Below are positions 62,610 to 64,000 of a stretch of DNA of 64,000 nucleotides, one piece after another (position 1 is the stretch's first letter; every line of letters starts with the position of its first letter). The notes below the pieces were generated by a model. It was not told the DNA's origin. It made no database searches and saw nothing but the letters and a program-made list of their open reading frames with translations. Made by a program: the position numbers and the translations under genes. This DNA comes from Nemertoderma westbladi (lineage: Eukaryota; Animalia; Xenacoelomorpha): positions 1 through 64,000 of the forward strand of contig JAUCBJ010008062.1 of assembly GCA_032718475.1 (NCBI GenBank), written 5' to 3'.

Positions 62610-64000
62610 TGTAGTACAGTAGACCTCTGACAATTATCAGCGTAAAAGCATTTTTAATAAATAAATGTGAGAATGTTTATAGTTTTCAGATTCAGATTTT
62701 TCGCACCCTAGCAGTAGACTGGAAATCCGCAGACTGGTTAGGGTCCTCCCCATACAAACAGCCTATGGTCAAGCATGCCTTTCCCAAGTATAAGCAAAAA
62801 AGCATTAGAAACAATGAAATTGGAGAAGGATTTCACTTGAGACATTTCACCCTCTAGCGGCAGACTGAGAAATTGCAGATTGGTCAGAGTTTTCCACAAA
62901 CACGCAGTCTATGGTGTAGTAGACCTCTGACAAGTATCAGCCTAAAAGCATTAGAAACAACAAAACGGGATAAGGTTTTCACTTTCAGACATTTCGCCCC
63001 CTAGCGGCCGAATGGAGAACTGCAGTTTGTTCGGCGTCTTACCTAGACACACCCTATGGTGTACTACACATCTGGCAAGTGTCAGCCTGAAATCATATTA
63101 ATAACGAAATGGGATAAGGTTTTCACTTTCAGACATTTTGCCCCCTAGCGGTAGACTGGATAAATGCAGACTGGTTCTAGCTCCTCCCCAAACACACAGT
63201 CTATGGTGTAGTAGACCTCTGCCAAGTATCAGCAAAAAAGCATTATAAACAATGAAATGCATAAAGGTTTTCACTTTCAGACATTGCGCCCCCTAGCGGC
63301 AGACAGAGCTATTGCAGATTGGTCTTAGTTCTCCACAAACACGCAGTCTTTGATGTAGTAGACCTCTGACAAGTATCAGCCTAAAAACATTATAAACATC
63401 AAAATGGAATAATGTTTTCACGTTCAGACATTTCGCCCCCTAGCGGCCGAATAGAGAACTGCAGGTTGTTCGGCGTCCTCTCCAGACACACACCCTATGG
63501 TGTAATACACATCTGCCAAGTGTCAGCCTAAAAGCATTATTAATAACGAAATGGATAAGGTTTTTACTTTCAGACATTTGGCCCCCTAGCGGCAGACTGG
63601 AGAAATGCAGACTGGTTCTAGCTCCTCCCCAAACACGCAGTCTTGGTGTAGTAGACCTCTGCAAAGTATCAGCAAAAAAGCAGTATAAACAACGAAATGG
63701 GTGAAGGTTTTCACTTTCAGACATTGCGCCCCCTACCGTCAGACAGAGGAATTTCAGATTATTCAGAGTTATCTACAAACACGCAGTCTATGGTGTAGTC
63801 GACTTCTGACAAGTATCAGCCAAAAACATTATAAACATCAACATGGGATAAGGTTTTCACGTTCAGACATTTCGCCCCCTAGCGGCCGTAAAGAGAACTG
63901 CAGGTTGTTCGGCGTTCGGGATAAGGTTTTCACTTTCAGATATTTCTCCCCCTAGCGGCAGACTGGGGAATTGCAGATTATTCAGAGTTCTCTACAAACA
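62610..64000 (+). repeat. ~146-bp satellite with ~440-bp higher-order trimer; each unit has TTTTCACTTTCAGACATT.(C)GCCCCCTAGCGG
   Basis: Motif at ~62705, 62850, 62996, 63140, 63288, 63435, 63582, 63728, 63874 and 63948; the array runs off the window end. Confidence 0.92.

Overview
AT-rich, repeat-dense animal (metazoan) nuclear DNA, not prokaryotic: it has spliceosomal GT-AG introns, eukaryotic genes and LINE/SINE/LTR/DNA-transposon sequence. Recognisable genes are one exon of an R7-family RGS (DEP domain), a CCDC15-like 3' exon, TMEM267, ATPAF2, FBH1 (2 exons), NF-YB, a PNKD-like metallo-beta-lactamase (2 exons) and a BEN-domain gene (2 exons). Most are unusually intron-poor and may be nested in one large RGS intron. 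Mobile DNA includes a BEL/Pao-like gag ORF running off the left edge, a 5'-truncated but uninterrupted APE-RT LINE, several LINE fragments, tRNA-derived SINEs, and non-autonomous TIR elements, several with visible target-site duplications (Kolobok-, Ginger1-, Merlin/MULE-, Harbinger- and piggyBac-like). There are also large 17-, 21-, 68-, 89- and ~146-bp tandem arrays and a (CGGCT)n tract. The best novelty candidate is a 6.3-kb non-coding foldback element with kb-scale modular inverted arms flanked by an exact 19-bp direct repeat, longer than the TSD of any cut-and-paste superfamily I know. Other notable items are a ~146-bp satellite with a CTCF-like motif per unit, a SINE/LINE pair sharing a 3' stem-loop, and strong enrichment of the palindrome TAGGCCTA. 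All homology calls are from memory of protein and TE families; no searches were run.
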